Below, piece after piece: positions 1-15,001 of a DNA stretch of 64,000 nt (position 1 is the stretch's first letter; each line of letters starts with the position of its first letter). The DNA is from Eledone cirrhosa. Lineage: Eukaryota. Made by a program: the position numbers and the translations under genes. The DNA lies in NCBI GenBank assembly GCA_964016885.1, contig CAXHJY010000608.1:62001-126000 (forward strand). The letters are read 5' to 3'. Below the pieces are notes generated by a model. It was not told the origin of the DNA and made no database searches. It saw only the letters and a list, made by a program, of their open reading frames with translations.

Positions 1-1750
1 TGTTGGTTCGTCATTGTTATCAAAATCTGGGTAATTTTCATCCCCATCAATATCGTCATTTTCCTCATTTAAGTTGTTTTTGATGTTATTGTACTCCTCG
101 TTAATGTATTGATCGTAAAGATTGCTGTCGTTATTGCTGCTACTGTCGATTTTGTTATTGCTGTTGTCCTTTTCATTGATATCGACTTTGAGCAGATTTT
201 CGCCATCACCTTCGGCCACTGATTCACTTTCAAAGCCATGTTTGATGCCATAACCGGATTTGGTTATGTTATCATTTAACGCAATCGTGTATCGGCGATT
301 GTGTTTGATAGTCAAGATGTTTGAGCTGTTCCTGTTGTTTGTATTGTTTGTGCTGTTGTTGATATTGTTTATCTTATTATTGGACTTTCTGAACTTTGTG
401 ATGTTGCTTGTGGATTCTTTTATCTGTTTAGTAGATGTATCAACAATAAAACTAGAATTATTATTACTATTACTATTATTATTCGTGTGACTGTTACTTT
501 TAGTCTGTTGTGTTGATCTGTGACCAGTCAAATGTAACGATCTTGGAGGTTTTAAAATAGGAAAAACTTTCAAAGAAATGGTGTAGGACGGAGATGTATC
601 GATTGGAGGCGGGTTGGACAGATTTATTACACGGTTATAATCCACATTACTGTAATTTTTTAACGTTCTTGGCAATTGTGGTAAAAACGAACGCATAAGA
701 ATTTGTGTTTTTGGTGTCGCTTGTTGAGGCGGTGGTGAAGGTGACGGTGATGGCTGTGGTTGTAGGCTGGTTAAACCGGTGTTTATATGGTGTTGTAGCA
801 AGATGCGACGATAGGAATTTTGGAAGGATTGTTCCGCTCGGTGGCTATCAATGTCTAGCTGCATTCTATCTGCATCCACCACATTTTCTAATTGCAGTCT
901 GGCATTCACATTCGGTGTTTTAGATGTTAAGGTATTTGAGGTAGGGGTAGGGGTAGAGTGTAAAGAATAAGATGGCAGAGTTACTTCTGAAGACAAATGT
1001 GTTTTGCTTGGTGTTGTAGTTGGTGTTAATGTTGATGATGGTGATGATGATGGTAATAATGAAGAGGATGGTGATGAATATGCTGTTGATAATGTGGACG
1101 ATGATAATGGTGGTGGCAATGATAATGAGGGTTTATTATCAGTTGAACCATTTTCGACATATACAATCTTTGAATTAATAGAAAGTTTATCCTTTTGATC
1201 AGCATCCTTTTGATGATGAAGATGAGGAGGTGGAAAAGGAAGAGAATGGTGGTGTTCAGGGTGACGATGACATTTATGATGAGGGTCAGAGTAAAAAACA
1301 AAATGTTTTATAACATGTTGATTTATTTGTTGCTCTTTGGGTTCATGCTGTTGACCATGATGGTGATGGTGACGATGATGATGTCGTTGATGATGGAACT
1401 GTGTTTGTTTTTGTGGGTGTTGTTCTTGTTCTTGCAGATGTTGTCGATCTTGGTGATGAGGGTGTTGTTGATTATGCTGCTGGTGTTGATGATGTTGGGG
1501 ATGATGATGTTGATGATGTTGGATGTGGTGGTTGTGATGGTGGTGATTGGGATTGTGATGTTGCTGGTGTTGGTGGTGGTTTTGGTTGTGAGCAGGCAGA
1601 AGAGGGATCGTAAATGGACGATGGTGGTCCAAAAGGGGTCGCCTGAAAAGGGGAATGCCTCTAGCTGAAACACCAAAAAGCCAACAGTTGACAGTGATGA
1701 GGATGCAGTAGATGAACGCAGAAAGGGGCCAAGTGATCATCACGATATTC
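1..1750. repeat. Low-complexity cryptic trinucleotide region (GAT/GGT/GTT-rich)
   Basis: Short biased ORFs in several frames (D/G/V-rich or T/H/I-rich); none spans the region and there is no recognisable domain. Confidence 0.5.
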
Positions 1751-2416
1751 TGAAAGTTGCTCTGGGTTCTTCAGCATAACTATGAGAAAGTCGGCTGTAG
1801 AAACCTGCAGACAATCCTCTCCCGCTTACACTCCTCAATTCCGATACAAAGGCAGAGGAAATGCTTGGAAATATTTTCGTGGCAATTAAAAAATAATGTT
1901 AGCATTAGTAATAATAAATCTTGGTGTTCATACAAGTAGTCCATTATGGTACGAGAATGCTCGACTCGTAGTGCAAAAAATAAAACCCGAGTTAATGTTG
2001 TTCCTCGTAGAATCTAGAAAAAATAAAATAAAATAATATAAATAGATAAATAAAGTTAAACAATTTTAAATTTTGATTACATTTACATTTAGACTTGTTA
2101 GAAATTTTAAACATACATTAAGAAAGGAAACAACCTAAAAAGGAAAAATAATTTAACATTTCCTATTCTGTCAAGTATTTCTCCTCATTATAAATAATAT
2201 ATTAACATATGAATCTTAGATAAAATAAAAGAGAAAATATCAGAAGAAAAATAGTGATATTTTATTCGAAAACCATAAAGAAAATTTAAACTATTCTAAA
2301 CAATGGTAACTTGTAGTTAAAACGATAGAGGAAAAAAAGTAGTGTAAAAACATGTTCCGATGATTATATTTCCGTTTATCTAATATTATACTGTATTCAT
2401 ATCTGTGTGTGTCTGT

Positions 2417-2423
2417 GAGAGAG

Positions 2424-2513
<90 letters not shown>
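2417..2513. repeat. (GA)n microsatellite
   Basis: Direct reading. Confidence 0.95.
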
Positions 2514-2515
<2 letters not shown>

Positions 2516-2988
2516 TCTGTGTGTGTTTATAATAATGTAATTATGAGAATCTAACAGTTGTTTGTTTGGTGTTTCACGTATAGCATGGCATGTTAGAGAA
2601 CACATTACGATGGAGCCGATAATTATGAACTTATAGCCCAATAACTACAAATCCAATATTTTTACATTAAAATATATAATCTATATATGTAGTTTTCTAT
2701 CAATCTTGAAGAAAACAGATCTAGTCCAGTAAGTGTCACATTAGGCTCTTTACATTGTAAGTAGAATCACACCAGGATCAACTTTGCGTTTCGACTCCAC
2801 TAACTTCAATAAAATAAAGTTTTGAGTACTTATTATGATTATGGTTTCTTCATCGTTTTCAATCGATTAAATGTCAGCGACAAATGTTTATATATATATA
2901 TATATATATAAGTTATTAGATTGAATCGGAGCTAACCTAAGTAAGTAAGGTTCTCAATACATAGCAGAGTATAAGTGTATGAAGCTCT

Positions 2989-3042
<54 letters not shown>

Positions 3043-3153
3043 TTACATATATATATATATATATGTATATATCTATTTATATATGGATATATATATATAT
3101 GTATACATATATATATTTATATATGTATATGTATGTGTTTATATATATATTTA

Positions 3154-3192
<39 letters not shown>

Positions 3193-3325
3193 CTATGTAT
3201 TATATATGTGTATATATATATATATGTGTATATATATATATATTTATATATGTATATATATATATATGTATATATGTATATATATGTATCTATATATATA
3301 AATATATATATATATATTTACATAT

Positions 3326-3545
3326 GTGAAGGTGAGTAGCTGAGTGGCTAGAGATTTGGATTTGCAATTGTGAGGTTGTAAGTTCGATTCCCAGACCGGG
3401 CGATGCGTTATGTCCTTGAGCAAGACACTTTATTTTCTCGTTGCTACTTGTACCTGGAGTTGCGACCGATAGATAGTATTAGCAGTTGGAAAGAACAATA
3501 GAAACATCGTTTCCTAGGTCCGGTTTGAAAAAAGTCGATCGTTCC
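3326..3545 (+). mobile_element. tRNA-derived SINE
   Basis: A-box-like TAGCTGAGTGG, B-box GTTCGATTCCC, then the TGTCCTTGAGCAAGACACTT motif common to metazoan SINE bodies; flanked by TA tracts. Confidence 0.75.
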
Positions 3546-3567
3546 TTTATGTTTATATATGTACATG

Positions 3568-3611
<44 letters not shown>

Positions 3612-3949
3612 AGTATATATATATGCATGTATATATATATGCATGTATATATATATATATTTCTATGTATATATATATATATATATATATATTTGTATGC
3701 ATATATATAATAGTATGAATATATATATATATATCTATATATATTTATATATATATATATATGTATATATATATTAAGTAAGTATGTTTTGAAACAGAGA
3801 GCAATTTTGAAATTAGAAAATAGAAGCTTTCACCGTATTTTTTGACTAAAGAAATTTTAGCCTGATAGTGGGGTTTAGAACCCTCAGAGAAAAGGAAAGA
3901 TATATGTATATATATGTATATACATATATATGTATATATATATATATAC

Positions 3950-3980
<31 letters not shown>

Positions 3981-3990
3981 CATATATATG

Positions 3991-4066
<76 letters not shown>

Positions 4067-4068
4067 TA

Positions 4069-4180
<112 letters not shown>

Positions 4181-4334
4181 TGTATATATATATATATAAA
4201 TGAAAGTTAGAGTTAATAACTCAAACTGAAACCCTCTAATTAGCAAGCTCAAAGTATATATACTGAACATTATAACAATAATATATGTAGTAAGAAACAT
4301 GGTGATTCTTACTTCATATATATGTATATACATA

Positions 4335-4382
<48 letters not shown>

Positions 4383-4387
4383 TATGA

Positions 4388-4426
<39 letters not shown>

Positions 4427-4526
4427 TATGAATATATACATATATATATATATATATGAATATACATATATATATATATATATATGAATATACATATATA
4501 TGAATATATATATATGAATATATAAT

Positions 4527-4705
<179 letters not shown>

Positions 4706-4771
4706 TATATAATATATATATATATTATATATATATATAATATATATATATAATATATATATATATTATAT

Positions 4772-4818
<47 letters not shown>

Positions 4819-5505
4819 TTTATAATATATATATATATATATAATTGTTTCTACTTTTGGAACAAGGCCAGCATTTATACATTTATATATATATATACAT
4901 ATAAGTTTGTGTGGATACGTATATATATATATGTGTGTGTGTGTATATATATATATGTGTGTGTGTATATATATACATGTGTGTGCATATATATATATAT
5001 ATGTTTGTATATATATATATATTAGTGTATATATATATATATTGGATTAGTAAATGCATGTATATATATATATGTATGTGTGTGTGTGTACGTTTTAATA
5101 CATTTTATTGGTTATTGGTTATGACACAAGAATGAATGGTCAGGTGAAAACATGCCAACGTATAACATATAACATATTCCATAACTGGTAAGTACAAAGT
5201 TGTGTCTACATATCGATAATAATATACTTCTAAGTTAACATATGCATACATTCATATGTATTTCATAAATAGAGCTTATTAAGTGTTCTTAGATAATTCA
5301 ATATTAAATACATATCAAATATATCCATCAAATACAGTGGAACATTGAATTTATGTGTAAAAATATGTATATATATATGCATATAAATATAAAACATATA
5401 CATATAATTATATATATATAAATATATATATACAGACAAACATATATATATTTATATATATATATAAATATATATATGCATATACCTATATATATACAAA
5501 TATAC

Positions 5506-5563
<58 letters not shown>

Positions 5564-6083
5564 GCATCTATACATAAATACAATATATATATATATATAC
5601 AACTATAAATATCTACAATATACATAAATATATGTATATATATACATTTATATATATATATTTATATATACATATATAGTTTAAACACATATACATATAT
5701 ATATATATATACATACATATATATATATATACAATTATAAATATATACAATATACATAAATATATGTATATATATATATATACATGTATATATATATTTA
5801 TATATACATATATAGTTTATACACATATACATATATATATATATACATATATATATATACATATAGATATATATATACATATATATACATATATATATAT
5901 ACATATATACAATATACATAAATATATATATATATACATATAAATATATATTTATATATACACATATACATATATACACATATATATATATATACACATA
6001 TATATATATATACATATATACACATATACATATATATATACATAAATATATATATACATATATATACATATATACACATATAC

Positions 6084-6137
<54 letters not shown>

Positions 6138-6430
6138 GTATATATATATATACATATATATACATATATATAAAGACACATATACATATATATACATATA
6201 TATAAAGTCGCATATACATATATATATATACATATAGATATATATATACATATATATACATATATATATATACATATATAAAATATACATAAATATATAT
6301 ATATATACATATAAATATGTATTTATATATACACATATACATATATACACATATATATATATATACTTATATACACATATACATATATATATACATAAAT
6401 ATATATATACATATATATACATATATACAC

Positions 6431-6518
<88 letters not shown>

Positions 6519-6632
6519 GTATATATATATATACATATATATATACATATATATAAAGACACATATACATATATATATACATATATATAAAGTCGCATAT
6601 ACATATATATATATATACATATATATAAACAC

Positions 6633-6681
<49 letters not shown>

Positions 6682-6735
6682 ACTAAACATATATACAATA
6701 TTCATAAATATGTATATATATACATGAATATATGC

Positions 6736-6772
<37 letters not shown>

Positions 6773-6780
6773 TATACATA

Positions 6781-6918
6781 GTAATAATAATAAATTTGAA
6801 GACTAAAATCCAAAGAGGGCTCGATAAGGATAAATATATATCAAATATATAAGGTTCAGAAGATCCCGTTAAGGGTGAAAGCAGCGATTACTTGCTTAAA
6901 CTTTAATCTGTTATTATA

Positions 6919-6921
<3 letters not shown>
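6781..6921. mobile_element. PLE-type terminal repeat fragment, family B (inverted long arm + HHR-bearing short arm)
   Basis: 6781-6852 is the reverse complement of ~7876-7949; 6855-6921 matches ~7790-7858; inserted in TA. Confidence 0.7.
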
Positions 6922-6974
<53 letters not shown>

Positions 6975-7002
6975 TTATATACATATAAATACTTATATAC
7001 AA

Positions 7003-7265
7003 AAGTCAGCTCAAAAGTGACACAGAGGAGACTGAGGTTAGCTGGACATGCTCACCGACATCCAGAGTTGACTTTGCACTCAGTGCTCCTGTGGTAGCCC
7101 CTACATGGACACACTGGAAGAAGAAAGACCAAGGTTAACGTATGTTGATGCCCTAAGGACAGACACTGGTCTGTTGGAGACGAAGGACATTGCTACGATA
7201 ATGATGGACAGAAACCGCTGGAGAGAACTCGTCCATGGATCTAGGGAATTTTACCAGCCCTAGAA
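7003..7265 (+). mobile_element. 3' fragment of RTE-type LINE (degenerate RT C-terminus + A tail)
   Basis: Translates as QRRLRLAGHAHRHPELTLHSVLLW*PLHG...RPRLTYVDALRTDTG...[11 protein letters not shown], typical of an RTE/RTE-X ORF end. Confidence 0.7.
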
Positions 7266-7404
7266 AAAAAAAAATATATATACATACATATACATATATA
7301 TACTTACATATATATATATACATAGATATACATATATATATATACATACATATATATATATATATATATAGATATATATACATATATATATATACTTACA
7401 TATA

Positions 7405-7628
7405 TGGCGTTAAGCGACAGAGATTACAAGACTCCCCACTGGACAGGAAACCAGTCTATCGCAGGTTTAAGCCTCCAGCTATTGCTCGTACTCAATTTCA
7501 GATGAGTATACTGGAGCAACGTGAAATGAAGTGTTTTGCTGAAGAACATAACACGCAACCCAGGAATCCAACCCACGATATTATGATCGTAAATCCAAAC
7601 CCTTGCCACCAGGCCAGATGCTTCCCCA
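7405..7628 (-). mobile_element. tRNA-derived SINE
   Basis: Minus strand: TGGCCTGGTGG A-box, GGTTGGATTCC B-box-like, TGTTCTTCAGCAAAACACTT, AACCTGCGATAGACTGG...GTCCAG; related to the 3326 SINE. Confidence 0.7.
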
Positions 7629-7699
7629 TATATATACATATATACACACACACATATATATATATATACTGTATATATATATATTATATATATATATAT

Positions 7700-7950
7700 A
7701 TTTATTAAAATAACAGATTAAAGTTTAAGAAAAGAATCGCTGCTTTCACCCTTAACGGGATCTTCTGAAACTAACATAACTAGGTTAGTTTCAGAAGATC
7801 CCGTTAAGGGTGAAAGCAGCGATTCTTTGCTTAAACTTTAATCTGTTATTTTAATTAATATTTGCTCTACGGTTCTTATATATTTGATATATATATTTAT
7901 CCTTACCGAGCCCTCTTTGGATTTTAGTCTTCAAATTTATTATTATTACT
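7700..7950. mobile_element. Fold-back PLE-type terminal repeat, family B
   Basis: ~70-bp inverted arms centred at ~7780, with the long arm extending to ~7950; in TA tract. Confidence 0.75.
7787..7837 (+). ncRNA. Hammerhead-like motif, U4A core variant (other copies ~6853-6902 +, ~7722-7772 -)
   Basis: agttt-CAGAAGA-tccc gttaa gggt-GAAA-gca...tgc-TT-aaact. Confidence 0.5.
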
Positions 7951-8125
7951 ATATATATATACATGTGTGTGTGTGTGTGTATAATTATGAATAGTATTTT
8001 ATAGTAGCTCTCAGTTTAAACCAATTATAAGAATTACAGAAATAAAATATAAAGAAACCATAACATTTACCCACCTCAGTCTTACTGCTTGTTTTGTCGT
8101 GTTACTTTTTGTGAAACATATATAT

Positions 8126-8222
<97 letters not shown>

Positions 8223-8243
8223 TATATATATATATATAAATAA

Positions 8244-8302
<59 letters not shown>

Positions 8303-8387
8303 TATATATATATATAAATAAATATATATATATATATATATAAATAAATATATATATATATATAAATAAATATATATATATATATAA

Positions 8388-8438
<51 letters not shown>

Positions 8439-8530
8439 TATATATATTTATATTGTAAATTATCCCCTTACTCTGATAAACGTATGTGATGTATTATGTA
8501 CTCTATAACAAAAATACTCGCGTGAAACGG

Positions 8531-8611
8531 TGTGTATTTCAATGGATTTAAAATGGTGTATAACCCGAAGTAAAACCATTATACACGATTTTAAATCCAT
8601 TGAAATACACA
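8531..8611. repeat. Inverted repeat, ~33-bp arms (MITE-like hairpin)
   Basis: tgtgtatttcaatggatttaaaatggtgtataa ... ttatacacgattttaaatccattgaaatacaca. Confidence 0.7.
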
Positions 8612-11592
8612 TTAAAATAGATTTAAAATGTTGAATAAAAAAAATAAAACTAGTAGATATATCAATCCTTAAAAGTCACTGATAGCTTCTGTCTAGGTAT
8701 AAAACTCCCACTGTCTTGTTGTTTCTGACGCTTTTGTTTCACGTCTGTACTGATCCCAACGACTTGAACCGTATAGTCAACAACAGAAATAATAATTTTT
8801 TATGATTATTGTTATAGCTGTTCTTTAACAAACTGTTAAAATTCCCTACAGTAATGTGTTCTTGTTTAGCTATCGGCTACGATTTATACTGAATATTCTC
8901 GTCGTTGTTCTCGTGGTTATGTTTACTTAGTCTTAAGCTTTGAGTAGAGTTGTTTTTAACTTTCAAGGAAGTTATTTCAGTTAATATATCGAGGGGTGAT
9001 TTTCTCTATAAAATGTATCCTGTGTTGTTGCAGTGAGCGAGTGTGAGTGAGTTAGTGAATGTGAGTGAGTGAGTGACTGAGGAGTCGGTGAAAGGATAAT
9101 AACAATATAAAATCAAAGCTGTAAATAAAGAGATACTAGTAATAAACACACAAAAGATTTGCCAAAATGCTCATGAAAGATTGTATTATTGCATTATATT
9201 ATATTATTATTGTAAGCTCACCAGTTTGTAAACATTTCCAAATCCTTCTTTATGACGGTAGTAACATTTACTGCTGTTGCGGAGAGAGTGAGAGAGATAA
9301 GCGAGTAAAACGTATGTATTTGTGCGTTGCAAGCATGTATGTGTATTTCATGTATGTTGTCTATACGAATGTGTTTGTATGTAAGGTTGTCTTGACCATG
9401 TTTATCTCAATAAAACGTGGACTATGCATGTTATCCGGGAATTGGGAGAAGGAAGGGTGCAGCGACGGGAAGGAGCAAGCATTTTCAAATGATTCTACAC
9501 ATGTAGAAACATGCGGGTTGTTACATTTATTTTTATTTTTAAAATATAAGTGAATTTGCCAATTAATACTTATCAACTAAATATATTTTGTTGTTGGTTT
9601 ATTCATACATAAATATATCTTTTTTCGTTACCACATTTTTTAATAGATATTAAAGTCGATATTTGAAGTGTCCGTGTGCGATTCAAGTAACAGAATAGTA
9701 TTTATATAAAAATGATAAGAAAACATAAAGAATAATAAATCTTGTGAAATAATTTCCTTATAAAAATTACTATAGATAAATAGGTGTACGACAAATATTT
9801 TCTTTATGATATACAAAAGTGTTTGGTTTACTTCATGTTTTCTTTTCAAATTATTAATAAGATAATGATAATAAGGATGTTAATAATTGTTGATAAATAA
9901 TTAAGTACGGAAGGACGGTTTTAAAGCTATATTTATATATGCATAAATATATTTCTATTTCTTTCTGGAGAACATGCGTGGGTATTTTGCTTGTTTTTGT
10001 TTTTGTTTTTGTTCTATCACAGTCTCTTTACACGTTCGGCAAAATAAACCGAATCGTATCTCTCTCTCTATCTCTCTATTTGGTTGTTGGTATTCAAGTT
10101 CCCTGTAAACATTCAAAGTCTTTAAAAAGAAGCAGCAGCAGCGACGACGACAACATCAACAGCAGCATCATCGATAACATCAACAATGCCATCTTCCTGA
10201 CGAACGGAATCAACGAACATATCTACACTACCAACATGAATATCATTATTATTGTTATGGTCAAACATAACGCCGGAGAGCTGGTAGGTTGAGGGTATAG
10301 TGCAAGACTGCTTGTCTAACATTTTTACACACACAACAATCTGTAATGAAATGAAATGGCAAGATGTAGACGGTTGTTCGGTGTGCCCATAGTCTTTCTC
10401 TTTCTCACTCACTTATTCATTCACTCTCTCTCTCCTTCTTCTCCCATGTCTCTCTCTCGTTCTGTTAAATCGCTTAAGCACGCTGTGTGATGGATGATGA
10501 GGGTGTTGTGGGGTGGGGATGGGGAAGCCGGTGGTGGATTACGGAGGTGATAGTCGTTCGTTTCGTTGGCTGGTTGGATTGATGGTTGGCTGGTTGACTG
10601 ACTGGTAGCTTCGCTGGATCTTTGGTGCGATGGCTGGATGATTAGATAGATGGATGGATAGATGGATGAAAATATTGGTGGAGAAATAAATGAATGGCTA
10701 GATGAATGGATGGATGAATGGATGGAACGATAGAGAGATGGATACATGGACAGACAGATACATGTAATGACAGGTGTATATATAAATATATATATACATA
10801 TATTAATAAAGTAGATAGATAGAGAGAGGGATGGATAGAGAGATAGATGGAATGACAGGTACATATATATATGTATGTATCTATATATATATTAATAAAG
10901 TAGATAGGTAGATAGATGGAAGGATACATCGATGGGTGGAAGGTTAGTCGGATGAATGGATGGTAAAAGAAAGAGTGAAGCAATACAAGGCAAACCGAAA
11001 AGCCACGCCAAGCCTATAGGCATAGCACTTCGTATTATCTATATGCATATGTTTCTCTCTCTCTCTCTCTCTCTCTGTATGATTTTCTGTGTGAGTGAGT
11101 GTGTGGGGGGGGGGGGGTATGTGTGTGTGTGTGTCTGTTTATGTGCATAAAATGTTAACCATGTGTATGTATGTGTGTGTAAGGAAGAAAGAGGAAGACG
11201 GAAAAATAGAGGGTGAAGGATAAAGGCTAGGGGTGAATAAGATGTACCGAATGGGAAAATGATAGTTTTGTTATATTTGTAAAATCAGAGAAAAGGAGTG
11301 GGAACGAGACATAGTGAGTGAGAGAGAGATGGAGAAAAAGAGAGAAGAAGAAAAAAGAAAGAGAAGTAAAGAAAAAGAAAGAGCATGTGTGAATGGCAGA
11401 AAGTTAGGTTAGCTTATAAAGAGACCCAAGAAATGAGAACTGGGTAGTAAAAAAAGGAACGTGTGACGAAAGAGTAGACGAGGAGACAAATATATAAAAG
11501 AATGAATGAATGTATGAAGCGTGCAAACTGATGGGTGGACGACTTGCTGCATGTATGTATGTAGGTATAGATGGATGCATGTAGAAATATAT

Positions 11593-11750
11593 ATAGGAAA
11601 ATATTTAACACCGACGGCAGAGTTCAAGCCGTTTCGACGGCTATTTCTGGACTCGGGGTTAAACATTTTCCTATTACCCACTCTACTACCCTAAGTATTG
11701 AGTACTCTGGTGCGTTATGGTCATGCTGGTTCCTTACCACACTTCCATCG

Positions 11751-11751
<1 letters not shown>
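11593..11751. mobile_element. Fold-back PLE-type end, family C (inverted 3' half of HHR + long tail)
   Basis: 11608-11653 is the reverse complement of the 3' half of the HHR at ~51940-51985; the tail 11697-11751 recurs at ~22815-22871. Confidence 0.7.
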
Positions 11752-11828
<77 letters not shown>

Positions 11829-11862
11829 CCATTTATGCATGCATGTCTCTATTTATATATGA

Positions 11863-11912
<50 letters not shown>

Positions 11913-12078
11913 ATGTATATATATATATATATATATACATATATAGAGCTGGGGGGCCAAATATATATATAGAGAGAGATCCACTCTACATCTGCCCATG
12001 TATCGAGCACTCACATGTTTAGTTGTCTCCTCGGTCTCAGCACCGCAGACTCTCTCTCTCCCTCTCTCTCTCTTAATA

Positions 12079-12111
<33 letters not shown>

Positions 12112-12132
12112 CTCAATCTATCTATCTATCTA

Positions 12133-12170
<38 letters not shown>

Positions 12171-12539
12171 AGTACATGTGTATGTATGTGTGTATTTATG
12201 AGTGGATGGAAGGATGAGTGGATGTATAGCTAGATCGCTGGAAGGAAGGAAGTACGGTTAGACGAACGAATGAATTTCAGTGTCACAGAAGATTTGTGGC
12301 GGGGGAGAAAGCGACAGGAAGAGTAAGAGTAAGAAGGGAAGACGTATAGGAAAGGAAAGTGGTGGTGTTGCTGGTTGTGGTAAAGGAAGGGTAGCCCGCC
12401 CCCACAAACACACAAACACGCTGAAAGTAAGTGTTATTAAGTAGAATTATAGGGGTAGGCGGAATTAGAAAAATATTAGCCTGTAAATAAATAAATACAG
12501 ATAGAGTGTGTGTGTGTATTGTAGATGAAAGAGGGTAGC

Positions 12540-13900
12540 TCACCTAAATCGTCAGTTCTTTCCGGGATCTCGGCCATCATAGCCACCATCCTCTCTCCCG
12601 CTGTGTCTCATGAGGTGGATACTTGCTGTTCGGAGCCACCTTGCAATTGGATAGCCCCCGACAATACGCCCGCCATGACTCTTTGCAGTTCTTCCTTTCA
12701 CCACCTCTGGAGGTTCCGCTGTTAATTTAAACCTCTTTAGGTGGCCTAGCCTCTGATTTCTGTTGCCGACACCACAGTCGCATCTCATAAGTATATCGTC
12801 GATATAGGAATTGGTAGCATTTCTCAACGTGCCAACATTTCACAAGATGGCCTTCAGAATCGACGCTTAGATCTTCGATGCTGAATTCAACCCAAACTCT
12901 GGCCTGGTCAGACAGTACGTCTGGATCTTATAGCTTACCAGTCAATTTCAAATCAACGAGTGTGGTAGCCTCAGTCATGTGTCTCTCCTTTCTCGCAAGG
13001 TTTCTCCCGCAGACATCAGTAGCCTCACCTTTTATGTAGCTCGATATGTAGTCGTTCAACTCTCGATGTCCAGTACTGGCCTGACCTTCTTTTTCTTCGG
13101 CTGCACCACAGCTATTAACGGCAACACTGCTCTTTACCTCCTCCTCGAAGTGGATTAAAATGCCCGTCTCGATCCATCTTTCGGGACCTCCCTCGAACTC
13201 GCCTCTCAGAGTATGCTGATAGCAGATCACTTTATTTCTCAACTTTGTGGACTCTCCCTTTCAATAGCATTCAATTGTCCATCGCTGACCATCGAACACA
13301 GTCAGAAAATCATTGCCTTCAGTGATGTGTGCAGCCCATTTTACTTCGGTGATCTTCCATTTCTTTTGTTGTACACTCACTGTATATATTGCCCCTGAAC
13401 AACCAAACGTTAACGGTCCTGTTTAACAGGAACACCTCTTAAACGGCAGATCATATCCATGCCTTCGCCACATCAACACTATCCACCAAATGATCGATCA
13501 CCATTCTTCGCAGCCACATTCTCGTTCCCCGCACCACCATCTCCACTTCATGCTACCTCTACATCTAATCATTCTGCCATCAAATAGTCTTACTCTAGTC
13601 ATTCTGTTCCAAGCTTTAACCATTTCTTTACCCATGAGTACTCTTGACACCTGCTCTCCTACCAGAATCTCCTTTGTAGGCAACAACTACAGAAGCTTGC
13701 AAGGGTAGCTACCTGTGCCTAAGGGCCTTTTTAACCGTTGCAGACGTTGACCAGTTCCTTGTGAGTAAAATTTGATAGATTAAACCGAAGGACTCTCATT
13801 GTAGAACACGTAACCCTTTTTAGATTGTTGATTTAATCGGTCACGTGGTTAAATACCATCATCTCACCAATGGCTAACGTTACTGGAGTGCACATTCGTA
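12540..13900 (-). pseudogene. Decayed Gypsy-like LTR retrotransposon pol (RT) fragment
   Basis: Frameshifted motifs ERWIETGILI, VLPLIAVVQPKKKKVRPVLD..ELNDYI, ATNSYIDDIL; no LTRs identified; boundaries approximate. Confidence 0.6.
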
Positions 13901-14940
13901 CGAAGTCTCAACGACCAGAGGAAAATGTCTTTTCGCCACGTGACTCGAAAGTCATGCAAATTGTTAGTGATGCTGGCCTTTTCCACCTGACATAGTTATA
14001 TTATATTGTTGTGGCTGCATTTGTTGATTATACTGAGAATATCCTCCTTGCTGCTACACATATCCGGGTCCTCATTAAGATGAATTACAAGATACTGTAG
14101 CTGCTAACAATGTTTGCTTCGAAGACAAATCTTATTGGTCTTCTTATCAGTGGATCAATGGTTATTTTATTATCCTTGCAGAGTCAATGCAGCGCTGGGG
14201 TGTCATTATTCGAGGGTTGGAAATTGTTAGCCGTGCCCTTCATAGATCCTAAGGCATTTGACAACGTTATCCTGAGAGCGTTGGGGATTATCTCCTACTC
14301 CTCGAGTTCTTGGGTGTTTCTCTCGTGTAAATAATGTAAGTTTGTATTACCTTCATGTAATTCGGCAGGCTCTCTGTGGATATACTTCCTTACGTGTCTG
14401 TGGAGAAGGATACGATTTCTCCATTCCTAGTGACTTGAATTGGTATATGCAGGCCATCTTCAGATTTACTACGGAGTTGTCAGATCTCCCTGTCACCTTT
14501 TGTACTGTTCTAGAATCTGTTTTGGTTTCGTTCTAGCAATGGGGAACTGTGCGTCTCGAGCATCAAGAAGCACCCAGATGACTGAGGGTGAAAAGACCAT
14601 AGACCACAATGCCAGAAAAATATACGTATCCACATATGGACACAATATACGAACACATACACAAAGACACACACAGAAGAGGACACAAATACATTCACAT
14701 ACGTGGATAAGTAACAGAGAAAGACAAGATAGGGAAAATAAAATAAGACCATAAAGAATAGGTACAAAGGAAACCAAATAGTCAATGAGGAGGTCACGTT
14801 ATGTGTGAGGAAAGAAATATGACAAACTAACTGGATTATAAAGTTGAAGGAAAATTAAATAGTGTGTTTGCTTTTTAGTTGTATTACTGGCAAGGAGACT
14901 ATCCTCAAGCATAACAATATATATATATATATATATAGAT

Positions 14941-15000
<60 letters not shown>

Positions 15001-15001
<1 letters not shown>

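Noticed and set aside
1-2020. Host coding exon on the minus strand (acceptor-like TTTTTCTAG at ~2012)
   Set aside because: All three frames close within ~240 nt; could be UTR or lncRNA, but this is unsupported
10120-10290. Possible exon ending in a GTAGGT donor
   Set aside because: Low-complexity, with no partner exon or domain
14537-14754. MGNCASR myristoylation-like N-terminus
   Set aside because: Short, runs into simple repeats, adjacent to decayed retrotransposon DNA
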